DNA of 63,988 bases, filler included, from Dimargaris cristalligena (taxonomy: Eukaryota), in NCBI GenBank assembly GCA_003614675.1. It is 6 parts of 6 records of this genome, joined end to end, with 100 filler letters (N's around TTAATTAATTAA, not from the genome) between each part and the next. Parts side by side here need not be neighbours in the genome. Positions count along the whole stretch, not along the records: positions 21,629 to 32,336 come from ML003163.1; positions 32,437 to 43,131 come from ML003164.1; 4 more parts are not named here. One strand, 5' to 3'. Position 1 is the stretch's first letter. Each line of letters opens with the position of its first letter. Below the pieces are notes generated by a model. That model worked only from the letters and a program-made list of their open reading frames with translations, had not been told where the DNA came from and did not search any database. Below, one piece after another: positions 23,351 through 34,849 of this stretch. A program made the translations under genes and the position numbers.

Positions 23351-24354
23351 GATTTTCTTTTATATTGCAAAGTGGTAGGTATGCATTTAAAAATGCTACA
23401 ATTGCCCATCGCATATACGAGGTAGGTTAGATAGTTCCTATCCTTCAGCAGGGCGCTTTGGTCTGGTTGATCAGGAGATCCCGTCACCTAGTCAACCATT
23501 AACCCGTTCTTTGACCGTGGGGAGGTGCGGCTCGCGTATAGGTTGTTCAATACTCTGCCAAGCCACGTATCCCTCGAATATTTTGTAAGCCAGCTTTCTA
23601 GAATAGCTTGGCAATCGGGATTAGCCAACCCCAATACCTCCCTACATGTATTTTTAACTATCTATTTTATTCGTGGAGAGGAACAATTGCGGCTGCAATC
23701 CACTGTAAACATAGCCGCTTCAGTCACAAAACAACCGGATACCCGGCTAGTTCTATTACAATACTTACAGACTCTTACTATATACCCTACTCAGCAATTC
23801 CCAATGATGTATTCTCAACCCGACATGCACACTGGTCCACACCCATAGTTAAGTACGATTGGTATCCGTATCTTTCACGAAACGACACTTGCCGTACGTT
23901 ACTATTCCCACCACGAAGCGGCCATTTCGATGGAAGGAACTCAAGGGGAAATCTTGCGGTGGAACACCACGGAAAACAGTTTGGTTGGGAATATTTATGA
24001 ATAGTACTGTATTGTACATACGAATTGTGATGGAATGGAAAAACCATCGCCCGAATGTCTGGGCATTGTAGATCCAGCGTAAAGATATAGCCGGTGATGG
24101 TAAATGTTGGAACAAGTCAGGACTCCCCGAGCAATACGTTACCAAAGGAAGGTATGGCTTGGCATACATGGTAGTCCAGTATATATATAGATATCAAGCA
24201 GGAGGCCGGGATACAACATACCACTGTTCGATTGTTTTCCGCTACATATCACCTTCTCATTTGTCGTGTACTTTGGCTCGTTCATTCGGAACATATAGCA
24301 CCTCTACACTCTACATTATATCCGTCCACTTTACCACCGCCTAATCTATTGAAT

Positions 24355-25005
24355 ATGAAGCTGACATCTACTACTGTTGCCACCGCTGCCGTGATGGTCG
24401 CAGCCTTGGCCATCCCCACCCAGGCCGCATACACGCAGGACCAGCTCGATTGCTACGTGGCTAATGACTGTATCAACAGCAGTAACTATTGCTTAGATAC
24501 GTGCTTCAACATGACCTCCGACCAGATCACTACCATCCAGAATTGCGCCCAGGACTGCGAATCTGGGGATACCTCCAGCCTTCAGTCCTGCGCGGAGTCT
24601 TGCGATGATCAGCTTAAGGGTTACACCGGGTTGGATTCGGCCGATTTTGACGCGATGGCACTGGCTGCCGAGTCTGGTCTAAGCAGCAGCATCGCCACAA
24701 CCACCAGTTCTTCTACTACGGATGCTACTGACACTGCCACCACCGATGATTCTAAATCTACCACTACTAGTGATAGTTCCATTACCATGAGCCCGGTCTC
24801 CTCCTCCGTGACAAGCCATACTAGCTCATCTGGCTTTGTAACCAGCAAGAGTACGACCACGTCGAAGTCAGCCAGTACTACGCTTACGTCCGACGATGAC
24901 AGCACTGACGACAGCGACGATATCTTTTCAGATGGAACTAGGGTTGCGACTATGATGCCTGGTATCCTGACATCCGTTGTCGTCCTGACTTACTATATGC
25001 AGTAG
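24355..25005 (+). CDS. 8-Cys GPI-type surface protein, paralog 2
   Basis: MKLTSTTV... signal peptide, AYTQDQLDC, same Cys spacing, long S/T linker, hydrophobic tail. Confidence 0.9.
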   Translation: MKLTSTTVATAAVMVAALAIPTQAAYTQDQLDCYVANDCINSSNYCLDTCFNMTSDQITTIQNCAQDCESGDTSSLQSCAESCDDQLKGYTGLDSADFDAMALAAESGLSSSIATTTSSSTTDATDTATTDDSKSTTTSDSSITMSPVSSSVTSHTSSSGFVTSKSTTTSKSASTTLTSDDDSTDDSDDIFSDGTRVATMMPGILTSVVVLTYYMQ

Positions 25006-26825
25006 GATATGCAATTTTTATAGTTTACCGAAACTTCATCAAGTTAAGGCAGCCCCCTATGTCTACGAACACTCTCTTTTAAATTATGATCTGACTATAG
25101 CCCTAATTGCTTTATTCACATGGCAGACCTCCCAATATTAGCAGTACATTAAACACCAGATCCAATAAAAATAATGATTCGAGGGATTTATACAGTACAT
25201 CACTGAATGTCTAGTTTGAGCATCATACTTTTGATTGTATAGTTAAAAAAAATTTCTGATGTGCGTTGTTTTGTAAAGCAGAGAAGAATATGTCCGGAGG
25301 TTATGTTTTGAATATGGTTACCTACATTTAGATGGTTTTCATGTTGATACAGCGTTCAACAAGAATCAGTCATTGCAACCTCCCCCCCCGTATTTTTATG
25401 AACATCACACTCGGGAATTATACATTCTCTCTGGGACATCTCCGCATAGAATTGGTCCTTAGAATTGCTACCTAGCTTTCCCTTACAATCATATTTGTTA
25501 CTGAACAATATACATAGATAGCTGTTTACTTCAAAAATGGACAACAAATCAACTATATATGAAGTTTAGGTGCTTATACTAAGGCCGAGTCAAAGGTATA
25601 CTATATTTGGGTTTTGAAAATTGAAAACTGCCCAATTTTGGGGAAGCCATTGGCTATCGGAAATTGCAGGATTTTTTTTTCTTGATCGGTAAAAAGCTCG
25701 TAAGACATCAATGTTTACTAATACACCATTTTGGTTATTTTCGGCTCTGTCGGTACCACATATTGTATGTAATTATCCCAAAGATTTTACTTTATGTTGA
25801 TTTGAACCTACTCGCGGAACATCACCATTCTCTCTTTAGAGTGGGGATTTAGATAGTCAATGTACCAACCGCTTTACGAAAACACCCTTAATTGGGCCAC
25901 CGTATTACTTGGTTATTCACTACATATGGTTTGAATCAGGGGTTTTCATCCTAAATAATGCATTTGCATTTTTGGATATTCCTTAGTGGACATCCTATTA
26001 ACGATTACTATTCGCTACATCTTGTAGTGCCTCTCACAAGTGGATCCGACTACAATTTTGTGAATCAAAACCTATCGTTTTCGTAAATGAGCCTCTGTAC
26101 TCCCAAGTATGTCTCTTTGCCATATTATTATCCCACCTGCTACCTAACCGGCATTATAGATACCAGCATTCCAGTAAATAGCGGAATCATTCTATATCCT
26201 TTTCTCAATCCCTTAATGAACAGTCCTGGTGGGCCAACTATTAGATACAGTTTACTGGCTGTAAGATGTAAAAGAATTTGATACCCGATGCAACAGGTCT
26301 CTTATACCTGCAAATAATCCGCGTTTAACTTCAAAGGAATGCTCCGGTTTCCTGGTTGTTAACGCTTCCAATATTGTCTTAATTGATGATGATTAATCCA
26401 ACATCCACCTAAGCAGAAATTGCCCCCTTAAAAAACACCACCATAAGTGACCATTGAACTGTCAGGGTAGATGCAACTTGCTGATTGGCCTCATAGTGAA
26501 TATAGGATCGGCAATGGTTGTTCATCTGTCCCAAATGGCCTGTGTGAGTTATTATGTTGAGCTGGGAGACTAGTAGACAGGACGAAACCACCATGCTCAG
26601 TAAATCCTTAGACTGTGAAGCTATTGGTGACACTGCAGTGCTCGTTGCCAATATATGAAGTTAGACTAAAGCCAGCATTTCCGCATTATTATCCGATACT
26701 ATATTTATACATGCCCCCTCCCAGCTTCATTAATTGCGCACTTACCTACTTCCCTCTTCCTTAGCTGTTATCACTGCCCTACACACAACTCTGCATCCTC
26801 TTGATATCTACTTAGTTTACCCAGT

Positions 26826-27395
26826 ATGAAGCTTTCTACCACCGTCGTTACTGCTGCCGTGTTTGTCATGGCCTCCGCTATGCCCGCCCTGGCCGCTTAC
26901 ACGCAAGAACAACTCCAGTGCATTACAGGGGACGGCTGCTTCGACACGGAGGATTTTTGCAGGGAGAAGTGCCTTAACATTAGTCAAGATCAATTTAACG
27001 ACTGGACGGTTTGCTCCGATAAGTGTACCGACGATATATCGGGTCCCTGCACCCAAGCCTGCAACTCTCAATTTGAAAAAGCCACTGGCTTCTCCGTTAA
27101 CGACCTGAGTAAATTATCGGAGGCCGCCATGAAAATCTTTCTTGGGGACGAGGAGCCGCCCTCCGTCTCCGTCTCCGCCTCACTGACTACCGCCAGTACC
27201 AACGCTCCTTCGACATCGGCCCATCCCAGTAGCTCCAGCACCCCTCCCTCGGCATCGAAAACGGGCAGCAGTGTTCCTTCGTCCAACCAGTCCAGCGATA
27301 GCAGTGACGACGACGAATCTAGCGGTGCGAAGGCCCTGACCGTTATTCCCGGTACCCTGATTTCGGCTGCTCTTCTCTCTTTTTATTTGCAATAG
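26826..27395 (+). CDS. 8-Cys GPI-type surface protein, paralog 3
   Basis: MKLSTTV... signal peptide, AYTQEQLQC, 8 Cys, S/T/P linker, ESSGAKAL...hydrophobic tail. Confidence 0.9.
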   Translation: MKLSTTVVTAAVFVMASAMPALAAYTQEQLQCITGDGCFDTEDFCREKCLNISQDQFNDWTVCSDKCTDDISGPCTQACNSQFEKATGFSVNDLSKLSEAAMKIFLGDEEPPSVSVSASLTTASTNAPSTSAHPSSSSTPPSASKTGSSVPSSNQSSDSSDDDESSGAKALTVIPGTLISAALLSFYLQ

Positions 27396-28718
27396 ATAAT
27401 TTTTTATTGAACACAAATACTCCATCCATTAGACGGGCCGCCTCTATTTCATTATAGCATGCTTGACCTGTATTCAGGCTGCTATCTTACCATCTATTAT
27501 CATACCCCCCTTTTTAGACATTCTAATGAATAAATGCCTAATTGTATTGGTGATGAACAGATTAGAAGCCGCATTTTAATTATATAATGGTCGTGTAATG
27601 AATAGGGCTGAGACGACATCGTTCACAGGAGCTGGGTGGCCCTGTCAAATTCAAATGGTTCAGCGAACCATCATTCCCTGTAAAGTGCCTAATTCTGGCT
27701 TGTGAATTATGTACAATGTGATGAGAAAATACTAGACACCGCTCATTCTAAGCTGGCTTGGTATGATTCACACCATATTATATATTAGCCGGTGGAGCTG
27801 TATGGGTCAGATAGTGGGGGTGGCTCTTTTGAGTGAACTCGGCCGCAAATCTAAACCTGGGAGTGAGGGCGGGAATATTATAGCCAGGTCTGTCCAAATA
27901 GAGCTGAAATCTTACCTTTACATGTGAGTGGGGCTTAAACATGACTATATACAAAACAAGTGAATGGTATATGGAAAGATAGACAAGAACCTCATTTTAT
28001 TCCAGGCATATTTGACTCGTCAAGCGGACTTTGGCCATTCAGTCGGACCGAGCTCCTTCCATATCAAGCCATCAGTGAGCATCATAGAGTCACACGCATG
28101 GAGTACCATCTCTCTGCAATGGGCCACTAACAACTCATCATCCTTGGCCGCAGGCAGGAATACAGAGTTGATCGCCACTCACATTCTATCCCTCGCGAAT
28201 CAGAACATAATTATTCGCGGTGAAGGATACGAGCAGCAGGCAATCCACGGATTTGAAGACGACTCGAGGATTGGTTAACGCTCCTACTGTTACGTTTGGT
28301 CGTGGTGGACTAGTATTTAGGGGAGCCGAGTAGGGCGTAGGGTTTTTTAAGATATATATAGTTATTTTATTAGAACATAAAGAACCCACGTTATAGCGAG
28401 CTAATCCCTATTTTATACTCTGGGCACATTAGTATTGATGGTAAGTCTTGTAACTGTTCGCTCTCCGCTTGGCGGTGCGCTCTCACTGAGGGAGTCAGGT
28501 GACCACTCTAGTTCAGGGGGACCGATTCCCTCTGATGGTGGCACTACTGTGAGTCATGTACAATGCATAACAAATGGTATTTATCATGGATATATAAGAA
28601 CCGAAATACCAGCCTTATATTGCCAATCCAAGTGCCACTTCTCCTTACCTTATTCCAACTCGTGTTAAATCCGTGACCTACTAATTCTCGCCCATCGATT
28701 ATACTTCGGTGATTCACC

Positions 28719-29354
28719 ATGAAGCTTTCAGTTGCCGCCATCGTCCCCTTCATTCTGGTCGCAGCCGGTCCCGGCCGGGCCAGCTATACCCAAGACCAGC
28801 TAAACTGTACTCTGGAAAACGCGTGCATCAACGACCCGTACTTCTATCTGGATAAGTGTTTCGGTCTAACCAGCGACCAATACACCACGCTCACCGATGG
28901 CATCAATAAATGCGATACTCTCACTGACTCTAGCAAGCAGCAGTCCTGCTATGACGATAGTGAGAGCCAAGTTGAGGACTTGACGGGGGTGACACCGGAT
29001 GAACTTAACGAGATGGTTAATATCGGCATGGGAAAAGCAGCGTCGGAAAATATTAGCACTTCCTTGAACTCAAGCGTCAATAACCAAGCCACTTCGCCAT
29101 CAGTCGACTCGGGCAATACCACCAAGTCGGGGTCCAGCGCTGAGCCGACTGCCACTCAAACGGCCAGTGGGTCGTCGTCGTCCAGTCACGTGGTCTCGAG
29201 GTCGTCTGTGTCCAACCAATCGGCTACCCGATCTTCTTCAGCGAGCCAGACGGGTACTGACGATAGCGAGGACCAGTCCGGGGGTGCTGCTGCCCAAGCT
29301 ATGATGCCTGCTTTGTTGGTTTCGACTGCCATCCTATCCTATTATCTGCGATAG
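28719..29354 (+). CDS. Cys-domain GPI-type surface protein, paralog 4 (5 of 8 Cys retained)
   Basis: SYTQDQLNC start of domain; C3>Y, C5>G, C8>S; S/T linker; GPI-like tail. Confidence 0.9.
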   Translation: MKLSVAAIVPFILVAAGPGRASYTQDQLNCTLENACINDPYFYLDKCFGLTSDQYTTLTDGINKCDTLTDSSKQQSCYDDSESQVEDLTGVTPDELNEMVNIGMGKAASENISTSLNSSVNNQATSPSVDSGNTTKSGSSAEPTATQTASGSSSSSHVVSRSSVSNQSATRSSSASQTGTDDSEDQSGGAAAQAMMPALLVSTAILSYYLR

Positions 29355-30103
29355 TGGGTTGTACCATGCCTAGTTCCGCCACACCTCTAGCTATATGTAG
29401 ACTCCAACAGCCATAGTCCTTGTTGTTCATTATTTTTCAATCACTAGAATACGTGTTATCCCCCAATAAAATCATGTCTCTTGGAATAAAACATGAGACA
29501 TTTAGTCATCAATATTGCTTATTGCAGCTCCAATTAGAAGAGAGATATTCGACGTGTCTTGGTAACTCAGGGTAAGCCTCCAGCTAATATCATTTAAATG
29601 TATTATATGCTGCACCTTGTGTATATATGGGATTTATTGAGACCAATTTGGAACGTTCCCACAACCCTCACCCAAACTCCATTTTTGAGGCGCTGAAACG
29701 AAATTATGTGCTTTTGTAACAGTGTGGATTTATCGAGTTCAGGTGAGCAGTGTCCAACATTTTTTGGTTATCAACCATTTTATGGAATAGTAAGACAGAG
29801 CCCAAATAATGCTTCACTGACTTTTCTTTATTGGGGTTAACTAGAGCTAGACCTTTCTAGGTTTTTTTAAACTGCCAAGGGACAAGGAATAAGTTGGAAA
29901 ATTCTACAGTAAACAAATTTAAATATTGTCTACTACTGCACATTTTTATTTTTGGGGTGATGAGCAATTACTTCAAGTACCATTACATACTGTGTCCTCT
30001 AAATGTTTATGAGGTTCAGTATGGAAATTGCTAAATTTTTACCAAGCTGGAAAAAAAAATAGATAGTGAGATAACATCAGATTTTACATTACTGATTTCA
30101 TAA

Positions 30104-30694
30104 TGTTACCCAGGTTTACCACTCTTAATCTACCAAGAGTCCCGAGGATAGGCTTCTAATGGTAGATGGGGCTTAGGCTCAGCCAAGCAGGTCCCAAGAT
30201 TAGGTGGGGCACAGTACTAACCAATAAATTCTTAGGTAATCTGTTATGTAAGGGACATACAGCAGGCACACTTACTGGTCAGTATGAAGGGGTGAGTATA
30301 TATAGAGTTTATTGGGGTAAACTGGGGAGTAAGAATAAGCTAAGGCATCTAACCAGTCCCAAGGGGGCCTAGTTATATATATGCAGGGAAAACTCCAGAG
30401 GGAGGCCCTAAGGGAAGACTATGGGTAACTAAGGTATAAAGTGAGAATAGGCCAGCCAGATGACTACTAGTATCTGGAAGACTCTCATGGTAACCAGAAG
30501 AGTCTTTGGATCAGCATGTTGAGTGATTAGTGTAAAGAGCTGGAGTCCAGAAGGGGGAGGGTTATATGATATATGGTGATCCCATAGTACCAGGGGGTGA
30601 TTATGGGAAGGTTAATATGGTGCTATAAGGCCTAATAAGGGTAAACAATTGTAATGTCCAGATTAAGTCAGATTAGGGGGGCCAATATATAATA
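30104..30694 (-). mobile_element. Hypermutated solo LTR-like element
   Basis: One end is TGTTAC; the other is ATAATA, compatible with mutated GTAACA. Minus strand has TATATATAA (~30380) followed by AATAAA (~30310). Second copy at 10820-11130. No TSD recognised. Confidence 0.6.
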
Positions 30695-30894
30695 AAAATT
30701 ATCCTGAAAGCAGTTTATTATAGCAGTTCACATCCTTGGCTTGCTAAACCTATCCAAAATTTATTGGAATCCCATTAGTAGATTTAAGCTCACTATTTAA
30801 AATATGAACATCAAATGAAAATAAAAGCAATCAGATTTATCAATAGATGCGGGTGATATTGATTATGCCCATTTGATAACACTGGTGAGCTGGT

Positions 30895-31440
30895 TTAAGG
30901 ATGAAGCAATAGAGTGATACTGATTATTGCCATAGGCAGCACCATGATGGGAATATTAGTGCCCCCAGAGTTGAAGTCAAGACCTGAGGAGGATACTTCA
31001 TTACCCATGGGTGTGGCTGGCTTGGCTGGTTTTAAGTCAGTATCTATTGCAATAGAGTTGCCACCACCCAATGAGGGACCAGAGGTATTAGCCAATACTG
31101 TACCAGTTGCTTTCATTTTTGTCATGGCTGAAACAGATAAAGCTACACCTGGAACTTCAGTTTGGAGGGTAGTGATATCAATATTGAGAACCTCATAGAG
31201 GTCATTCAGACATTGCCGAAGGCAATTATGCTGGTCAATTAGGGAAGTCTTAAGCAAACACCCTTCACCACACCTGTTTTCCTGGTCCAGTTGATTAGCT
31301 GTGGCACCATAGCAGTTGACAAGGCATTTCTCAGAGTTGACTTCACAGTCAACCTTCTGAGCACATTGGGCCTACTCAAAAGTGAGGGCAGACATGGTAG
31401 TGAGGAAGGCCAAGAGGGTAATTAGCAATGCTGCCTTCAT
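30895..31440 (-). pseudogene. 8-Cys GPI-type surface protein, paralog 5, with premature stop
   Basis: MKAALLITLLAFLTTMSALTFE*AQCAQKVDCEVNSEKCLVNC...CGEGC...CLRQC...hydrophobic tail. TAG at 31374-31372 replaces the family-conserved Gln. Only one CpG seen in the gene. Confidence 0.88.
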
Positions 31441-32281
31441 AATTAAGCTATTCAGTGAGGGGATGGAAGGGAGTGCCAGAGGAAGGTGTGTGGTACAGGA
31501 AGGTGGCCACCAAGTTCAAAAAATAATGGAAAGTAAAGTAACTGTTGATGTTTAATCAGACTTGGGGGGTAAGGACTGGTCATTTTATTGGACTGGTTGA
31601 CCTACATGGCTATCACCATGGCTAAAAATGGATGAGAATGCTGAATGCCTCTTTAGCTGACCATACCAGTAGGCTACTGCAAAAAAAAACTCAAACTATT
31701 TGGGATTATCATGGTGGGATTCACCTCAGGCCTCATTTTACATTGTACTCCATTACATTAATCAGTACATTTTACCTACATAATGATGATAACAGTTTGC
31801 ACAGTGGTTTTTACCATTCTAGGTAGTATTGTGCATGGGGATCATAGGCCAACACTATAGTGTTCAAAGGGCATTACTTGCATCACTGGATTTAAAATAT
31901 GGGTAAAACTGAAGGGCAATCCCACTCCTGGACTAAAAGAAGCTGGAGGTGGTTGATGAAAACAACATATACACCATGTCCCACATTAGAAGTCTGCAGG
32001 GCCTTGAATTGCATCAAACTTGAAGTCCAGTTGAATATATCAGTATTGTATTTAGACTATATAACAGAGCATAATAAAAAAAATACATATACAGACTACA
32101 GAAATTCCTGGTGCAATTGATACTGACAATGTGAGAAGAAGGGCATTTCCCAAACGAATTTTTAATAATTGAATAATGTATGCAACTAAAATTCAATCCA
32201 AATGACCAAAAATAACAGCATCAACAAAAATCTGATATTAGACCACTATTGCCCAATAGTTTGACAAAAAAAAAAGTTAAG

Positions 32282-32336
32282 TGCCTATTTCCAGAATCGA
32301 ACTGAAGACCTTCTGCTTACTAGGCAGACACTCTGC
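32282..32336 (-). tRNA. tRNA-Thr(AGT), 3' part only (cut by contig end), possibly a pseudo-tRNA
   Basis: Minus strand: TCTGC-CTAGTAA-GCAGA anticodon arm, TTCAG-TTCGATT-CTGGA T arm, followed by a T10 run (32275-32266). Confidence 0.8.
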
Positions 32337-32436
32337 NNNNNNNNNNNNNNNNNNNNNNNNNNNNNNNNNNNNNNNNNNNNTTAATTAATTAANNNNNNNN
32401 NNNNNNNNNNNNNNNNNNNNNNNNNNNNNNNNNNNN
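32337..32436. other. Artificial contig linker
   Basis: N-TTAATTAATTAA-N, 100 nt. Confidence 0.98.
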
Positions 32437-32500
32437 CTTTTAACCAGTAATATTGGCCTCATCCAATGGATTTTTCATTATACAGCCTGAATGAACTTCT
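32437..32500 (+). mobile_element. MITE-like element, copy C (partial; contig begins inside it)
   Basis: CTTTTAACCAGTAATATTGGCCTCATCCAATGGATTTTTCATTATACAGCCTGAATGAACT is identical to the corresponding part of copy F. Confidence 0.85.
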
Positions 32501-33328
32501 TTCCAACCTCATGATCTAACAATATTGCTCCGTTTTCCCGCACACTTGACCTACAGAATACAACCAGTCTCAATTATGTAGCTCCTGGCAGGCTCTATGC
32601 TCTTTTAGCCCCTTCATCGATTCACTGGCTGTATTCAATGCAGCTCCCGCTCCCCTCCTGGTGCTTTCTTAGCCACCCTAACACGTTAATAATTTATTCG
32701 GATTCAAAAGAACTGGAACCCTTCTCCCTCCATCTCTTAATTGATGTGTCCTAATTTACCATTTCTTGTAACTTGCGCAATTGACATCAATAGCTTAGTA
32801 TGTTTGCTTTTAAATAAGGGTGTGGGGAAGTGCATCATGTGACGGTACCTTATCACCTTTGTCAAGTCCTTGTGACCCGTATATAAAGCTTCAGGGGAAA
32901 TTTGAAGTCGCGTTGTTCGCAACTTACCATCACCCCCTAGCCTTAACCGGTTGTCAATCATATATACGTACCCAGCCACTTTTGACACTAGCCTAGCGAA
33001 TAGTACTGTAACCTAGGGAATTGCCTTCAGGTGACCATCTATGCATAAATATGGTGTATTTTCCGTCTTAATTGAGGTGCCGTTCACCTAAGTGGGTCCG
33101 AACAGGGCTAGTCGTTAGCGATTTATACCGGTGGTTGTCCGTTTCCGTAGGTGTATCACCTACTAGCTTGTGACCCCTCATTCGCTCCACTTTGGCCTTT
33201 AGCGCGGATCCACTAATGACCTATGACGCATTTATTTCCTAAATTCTACTATTAGCCTCTAATTTATCAATCACACGTATAGCTAATTTGCGATGAAACT
33301 CAAGGTATTTGGCACCCGTGTAAATATC

Positions 33329-33477
33329 ATATGGGTGAAGTTCAGCTTGGTTGTATAAGGTTTTAACCGATATGTGTATGGGAAAATTGGTGGGATGTTT
33401 ATATTCAATCAGTAGTACTTTACCTGCCTTATCAAATGGTTTTTTCGTTATACAGCCTTGTTGAACTACTCCCATAT
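33329..33477 (+). mobile_element. MITE-like element, copy D (diverged)
   Basis: ATATGGGTGAAGTTCAGCTTGGTTGTATAAGG...TTATACAGCCTTGTTGAACTACTCCCATAT. Confidence 0.8.
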
Positions 33478-33630
33478 TGACTAACAGAAACGTACAGGGC
33501 TATCGCGGGCTCATGTCTACAATACTAAATTATCTTAAATATGAAGCCCCATGAACACTAACTAGCCTCATTATCCTTGCGGTATTTTATTTTAAATCTA
33601 CCTTCTGGGTGGAATGGAGCTCCGTTCTAG

Positions 33631-34849
33631 CCGTTCATTTTTTTCAGCGCTGTTTTACTTCTCATAACCCCCGCTACCTTGGCTAGACCACAGGTAACTC
33701 CCGATGCTCAAAAGACAGAACTTACAGCTTCCCAGTTGACCGATATTGAGACCCATGCCTAGTAAGTAAGACCCTGTGGTACGGAGCCTTGGACAGCCGG
33801 CGTGAGTGTGCCATATCCAATGGGCAATTCAGCTAATAGGCTGCCATTTATCTAGCCCATCCCAGCTACGCTAGACCATCCTTTCAATAGTGCAATTAAA
33901 GTAAAACTAATTTTATTACACATCCAACCCCACTGTCTCCCCGCACATAGCTATGCAATGGCTGCCTATGAGGATGCCAGCAAGTGGAACTGTAAAAATT
34001 GCGTAAGGGGTACAGAGGGTACCCAATTCATACGTGAGTTTTCAAGGGCACTTTCGTCGGTGCGGTGGTTCGTGGCCTTGAATATACGGGACAAATCCAT
34101 CATTTTGAGCTTCCGTGGCTCTACCCAAAACGATATTGGAACATTTATCACCGACTTAAATTTCGAGTTTAAACAATGGCCGCCGAACGTACCTGCATCG
34201 AAAGTGCACGAAGGCTTCATCGAATCTATGCTAAAGGGCATCCTTCCGGCGATGACTACTGTTAAGGAACAGCTGGCCGCCCACCCAGACTTCAAAATAA
34301 CAATTGTGGGGCACTCGCTCGGTGGAGGTAATTGATTGTAAACCGTTCTAATTGTTTGAATTCGGACACGGTTTTGCATTCTCACTTACCCCCTTTCATT
34401 ACCGAATGAGTCCATTGGCCCTAATCATTCATTATTGACCTGTCTATCCTACTCCTATTACATTATTGATTTTTGAATGTTCAATAGCCCAGTCTGTGCT
34501 CGCGGCGACCTATATATGCGTCTATAGTCCCCATTGGAAATCTAGACTCCGAGTGTTTACGTACGGCGAACCGCGCGTGGGCAACCTGGTGTTTGCGCAA
34601 TACTACGACTCTCTTGGTATCCCCACCCAGCGCGTGGTCAATCGAAACGACATTGTAGCCCGCGCTCCGCCCAAGGCTCTGGGCTACCGCCACCACGGCT
34701 CCGAGGTATGGCTTCGAGCATCGGATGGGCTCGCCATCTATTGTCCCGGGCAACTGCCCCTGGAAAGCAAGGAGTGTAGTGACGGGGTGGAGACCCTCAA
34801 ATACAGTATGACTGACCATTTTAACTACTTGGGTGCCACATCTCGCTAA
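33631..34849 (+). CDS. Secreted class-3 lipase (exons ~33631-33761, 33951-34327, 34488-34849; start codon not located)
   Basis: SFRGS, VHEGF, GHSLGGA, TYGEPRVGN, NRNDIV and DHFNY motifs; signal-like FFSAVLLLITPATLA. Confidence 0.88.

Noticed and set aside
26409..26651. ORF ending SLMVVFFKGAIS as a lipase remnant
   Set aside because: Only a short resemblance to VVxFRGS; no other lipase motifs nearby.
31372..31374. TAG at a conserved Gln as evidence of stop-codon reassignment
   Set aside because: TAG terminates several intact genes here (e.g. 25005, 27395, 37861, 40162); a C>T change in a hypermutated block explains it.
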